Source: Squalus acanthias (taxonomy: Eukaryota). Taken from it: a stretch of DNA of 64,000 nucleotides. The stretch lies in assembly GCA_030390025.1 (NCBI GenBank), contig CM059432.1:79486001-79550000 (forward strand), written 5' to 3'. The notes under the pieces were generated by a model. The model saw nothing but the letters and a program-made list of their open reading frames with translations. It had not been told where the DNA came from and searched no databases. This document shows, one piece after another, positions 60,111 to 64,000 of the stretch. The translations under genes were made by a program, and so were the position numbers. Positions within the stretch are counted from its first letter, which is position 1, and each line of letters begins with the position of its first letter.

Positions 60111-63100
60111 ATAGAAACATAAAAACATAGAAAAATAGGAGCAGGAGTAGGCCATTCAGTTCTTCGAGCCTGCTCTGCCATTCAATATGATCATGGCTGA
60201 TCCTCTATCTAAATACCATATTCCCGCTCTCTCCCCATACCCTGTGAAGGAATAAGCCATATAACCTATTCAGAAAAATACACCATTCTATGAAAGAATT
60301 CTGGCCTTATTAAAACATGACAAACTGGGTTTGGAAATCTGGAAGCCTCAACAATCTAAAGCTGTGATAGAATTCTGGCTATAGAGATAAGATAGTTGTT
60401 GACACTGAATCAATAACCTTATTGAAACAGAAGGTTAAAGGCTCCCGACAGTCTGAACCTTTCGGAACAAAACAAAGGTCCACCCTGTACAAGGTGTTCT
60501 AATTTACACTTCGTAAAGAGGCACAAACAGAAGGCCTTAGTAAAAATGACATCAAATAAAATGCACCTGCTGTTACACCGTTTTTTATGGTAAGCTTGGA
60601 ACACCTAGAGGAGAGACATGATTCTGCATTACTACCAGCTGAGGTGACTAAGAATTGCATAGATCACCCTGGTTAAGGTGTTCTAATTTACACTTCGTAA
60701 AGAGGCACAAACAGAAGGGCTCAGTAAAAATGACATCAAATGAAACGCACCTGCTGTTACACCGTTTTTTATGGTAAGCTTGGAACACCTAGAGGAGAGA
60801 CACGAGTCTGTATTGCTACCAGCTGAGGTGACTAAGAATTGTAGAAGTCAGCAGAAAAATAACTAGAGATAATTAGCTTACATCAGCAGAAAACCTTAAA
60901 GGAAATACCACTGAAAAAGGGTATAAATATTGAACTCTCAATTAGGATAATAGATTCGCTGTAAAGTGGAAAAGCGATTCTCAGGCTTCAGAGGCGGCTC
61001 TGTAAGTCTACAACTCTTTGTACCTCGGGGATCAAAGGTACTGTATTTGATTTTGGTGGATATCCTGAATAAGACTAAGAACTGTAAAACTGTAGCGAAG
61101 TTAAGATTTGAGAGTAAGGATCTCTGATAATAGAATTGTAAAGATTTCTCTTTTTGGAACTGTTAATGTTGCGATTGACTCACCAACTGTAAAATACATG
61201 TCGGTTCTTTAATAAATCTGTATATTTTTAGAATTGTCTCGCATAATACTTCTGTATCAAACTCGCGAACTCAATCTCTGTATGCTCTTTGGTGAGGAGT
61301 TGCAGAATTCCGGGGGAGTTTTCTGGACACTCATAATATCCGGAACGTTACAGTCTAGCTAAACTTATTAAAAGTGCTATCTGGAGGACGGTAACATTTT
61401 CAGGTTGTTCCTTTCCTTTAGGGAGAGATGGTCCAGACCTTTAGACTCAATTAAGCGTCTTTAGGATTCGGCTACCTCAAACTTTAGTTGAAAGTGAACG
61501 TTTGGGGAATACGCCTGATCTGGGGTAGCCCTAAAGGGGCTAGGACTAGTAATTATCCCTTCAACCCCTTGATGCCTTTTTTGTCGAGATATCTATCTAT
61601 CTCCTTTTTAAATATATTCAGTGACTTGGCCACCACAGCCTTCTGTGGTAGAGAATTCCACAGGTTCACCACCCTCTGAGTGAAGAAATTTCTCCTCATC
61701 TCAGTCCTAAATGTCCTACCCCATATCCTGAGACTGTGACCCCTCGTGCTAGACCCCCCAGCCAGGGGAAACATCCTCCCTGCATCCCGTCTGTCTAGCC
61801 CTGTCAGAATTTTATACATTTCAATGAGATCCCCTCTCATTCTTCTAAACTCTAGTGAATACAGGCCTAGTCGACCCAATCTCTCCTCATACGACAGTCC
61901 TGCCATCCCAGGAATCAGTCTGGTGAACCTTCGCTGCACTCCCTCTATGGCAAGTATATCCTTTCTTAGGTAAGGAGACCAAAACTGCACACAGTACTCC
62001 AGGTGTGGTCTCACCAAGGCCCTGTATAACTGTAATAAGACATCCTTGCTCCTGTACTCAAATCCTCTTGCAATGAAGGCCAACATACCATTTGCCTTCC
62101 TAACTGCTTGCTGCACATGTATGTTTGCTTTCAGTGACTGATGTACAAGGACACCCAGGTCCATTTGTACATCAACATTTCCCAATCTACCACCATTCAA
62201 ATAATACTCTGCCTTTCTGTTTTTCCTACCGAAGTGGATAACTTCACATTTATCCACGTTATACTGCATCTGCCATGTATTTGCCCACTCACTCAACCTG
62301 TCCAAATCGCCTTGAAGCCTCTTTACATCCTCCTCACAACTCACAATCCCACCTAGTTTCGTGTCGTCAGCAAACTTGGAAATATTACATTTGGTTCCCT
62401 CATCCAAATAATTGATGTATATTGTGAATAGCTGGGGCCCAAGCACTGATCCCTGTGGTACCCCACTAGTCACCGCCTGCCACCCCGAAAAAGACTCATT
62501 TATTCCTACTCTCTGTTTCCTGTCTGTTAACCAATTTTCAATCCTTGCCAGTATATTACCCCCAATCCCATGTGCTTTAATTTTGCACACTAACCTCTTA
62601 TGTGGGACTTTATCAAAGGCCTTCTGAAAATCCAAAAACACCACATCCACTGGTTCTCCCTTATCTATTCTACCAGTTACATCCTCAAAAAACTCCAGTA
62701 GGTTTGTCAAACACGATTTCCCTTTCATAAATCCATGTTGGCTTTGTCTAATCCCATTGATATTTTCTAACTGTCCTGTTATAAAATAGACTCTAGCATT
62801 TTCCCTACTACTGATGTTAGGTTAACCGGTCTGTAGTTCCCTGTTTTCCCTCTCCCTCCTTTTTTAAATAGTGGGGTAACATTTGCCACCCTCCAATCTG
62901 CAGGAACTGTTCCATAATCTATAGAATTTTGGAAGATGACAACCAATGCATCCACTATTTCCATGGCTACCTCTTTTAGTACTCTGGGATGCAGATTATC
63001 AGGCCCTGGGGATTTATCAGCTTTCAGTCCCATTAATTTCTCCAGCACTATTTTTTTACTAATACTAATTTCCTTTAATTCCTCCTTCTCACTAGACCCT

Positions 63101-64000
63101 TGGTTCCCTAGCATTTCCGGGAGGTTATGTGTGTCCTCTTCTGTGAAGACAGAACCAAAGTATTTGTTTAATTGCACTGCCATTTCCTTGTTCCCCATTA
63201 TAAATTCTCCCGTTTCTGACTGTAAGGGACCTACATTTGTCTTCACTAATCTTTTTCTTTTTACATACATGTAGAAGCTTTTACAGTCTGCTTTTATGTT
63301 CCTTGCAAGTTTACTCTCATACGCTATTTTTCCCCTCTTAATCAATCTCTTGGTCCTTTTTAGCTGAACTCTAAACTGCTCCTAATCTTCAGGCTTGCTA
63401 CTTTTTCTGGCAACTTTATATGACTCCTCTTTGGATCTAATACTATCCTTAATTTCTTTTGTTAGCCATGGTTGGGCCGCTTTTCCTTTTGTGTTTTTGC
63501 GCCAGAAAGGAATGTATAACTGTTGCAATTCGTGCATTCATTCCTTAAATGTTAGCCTTTGTCTATCCACCGTCATGCCTTTTAATGAAGCTCCCCAATC
63601 TATCATAGGAAACTACAAAGGTATGAGGAGTGAGTTGGCTTTGTTTAGATTTAGAACCCTAGTTTCGGATTGGACTTCTTCACTTTTCATCTTAATGAAG
63701 AATTCTATCATGTTATGGTCACTCTTCCCTAAAGGACCCCGCACAACAAGATTATTAATTAACCCCTTCTCATTGCACAATACCCAATCTAGGATAGCCT
63801 GTTCCCTAGTTGGCTCCTCAACGTACTGGTCTAAAAAAAGATCTCGTACACACTCCAGGAATTCATCCTCCACAGTATTATTGCTAATTTGGTTTGGCCA
63901 GTCTATATGTCGATTAAAGTCACCCATGATTACTGTAGTACCCTTGTTACATGCATCTCTAATTTCCTGTTTAATGCCATCCCCTACATTACTACTACTG
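60110..64000 (-). mobile_element. CR1 LINE (same subfamily as 1-3235; runs off the right edge), interrupted by a solo LTR
   Basis: ORFs 63613-63927, 62779-63345 and 61553-62728 are nearly identical to the ORF2 of the first copy. The tail lies at 60110-60242. Confidence 0.95.
60243..61563 (+). mobile_element. Long solo LTR (1321 bp), ERV-like
   Basis: TGTGAAGGAATAA..TTATCCCTTCA termini and a 4-bp TSD ACCC that restores the CR1 3' end. TATAAA near 60922, AATAAA at 61211, and a 184-bp tandem duplication at 60481-60664 / 60665-60845. Confidence 0.88.

Noticed and set aside
60481..60845. Direct repeats as a CRISPR-like or satellite array
   Set aside because: Only two adjacent 184-bp units without spacers, inside an LTR of a vertebrate genome.

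Overview
Repeat-dense vertebrate genomic DNA, almost certainly from a shark or ray (HE1-type V-SINE, DeuSINE/SacSINE1-type SINEs, elasmobranch-type CR1 LINEs). The only host gene I can support is the 3' part of PPP1R42 (LRRC67) on the minus strand: two confident exons (53446-53563, 34326-34454), one probable exon (26470-26659) and one tentative terminal exon (25008-25063). The rest is layered transposon debris. It includes several CR1 subfamilies, L2, Penelope-like fragments carrying minimal hammerhead-ribozyme motifs, a two-gene PIF/Harbinger element with many non-autonomous relatives, a young internally deleted Gypsy element with a tRNA-Trp PBS, and two solo LTRs. The most unusual signal is a CR1/Zenon-like LINE family whose coding region sits directly behind a tRNA-derived Pol III promoter, with no ORF1. 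Its sense strand lacks internal TTTT terminators, and it occurs here as long, medium and SINE-sized deletion forms. This suggests a Pol III-transcribed LINE that generates its own SINE. Family names come from motif recognition by eye, not from database searches.
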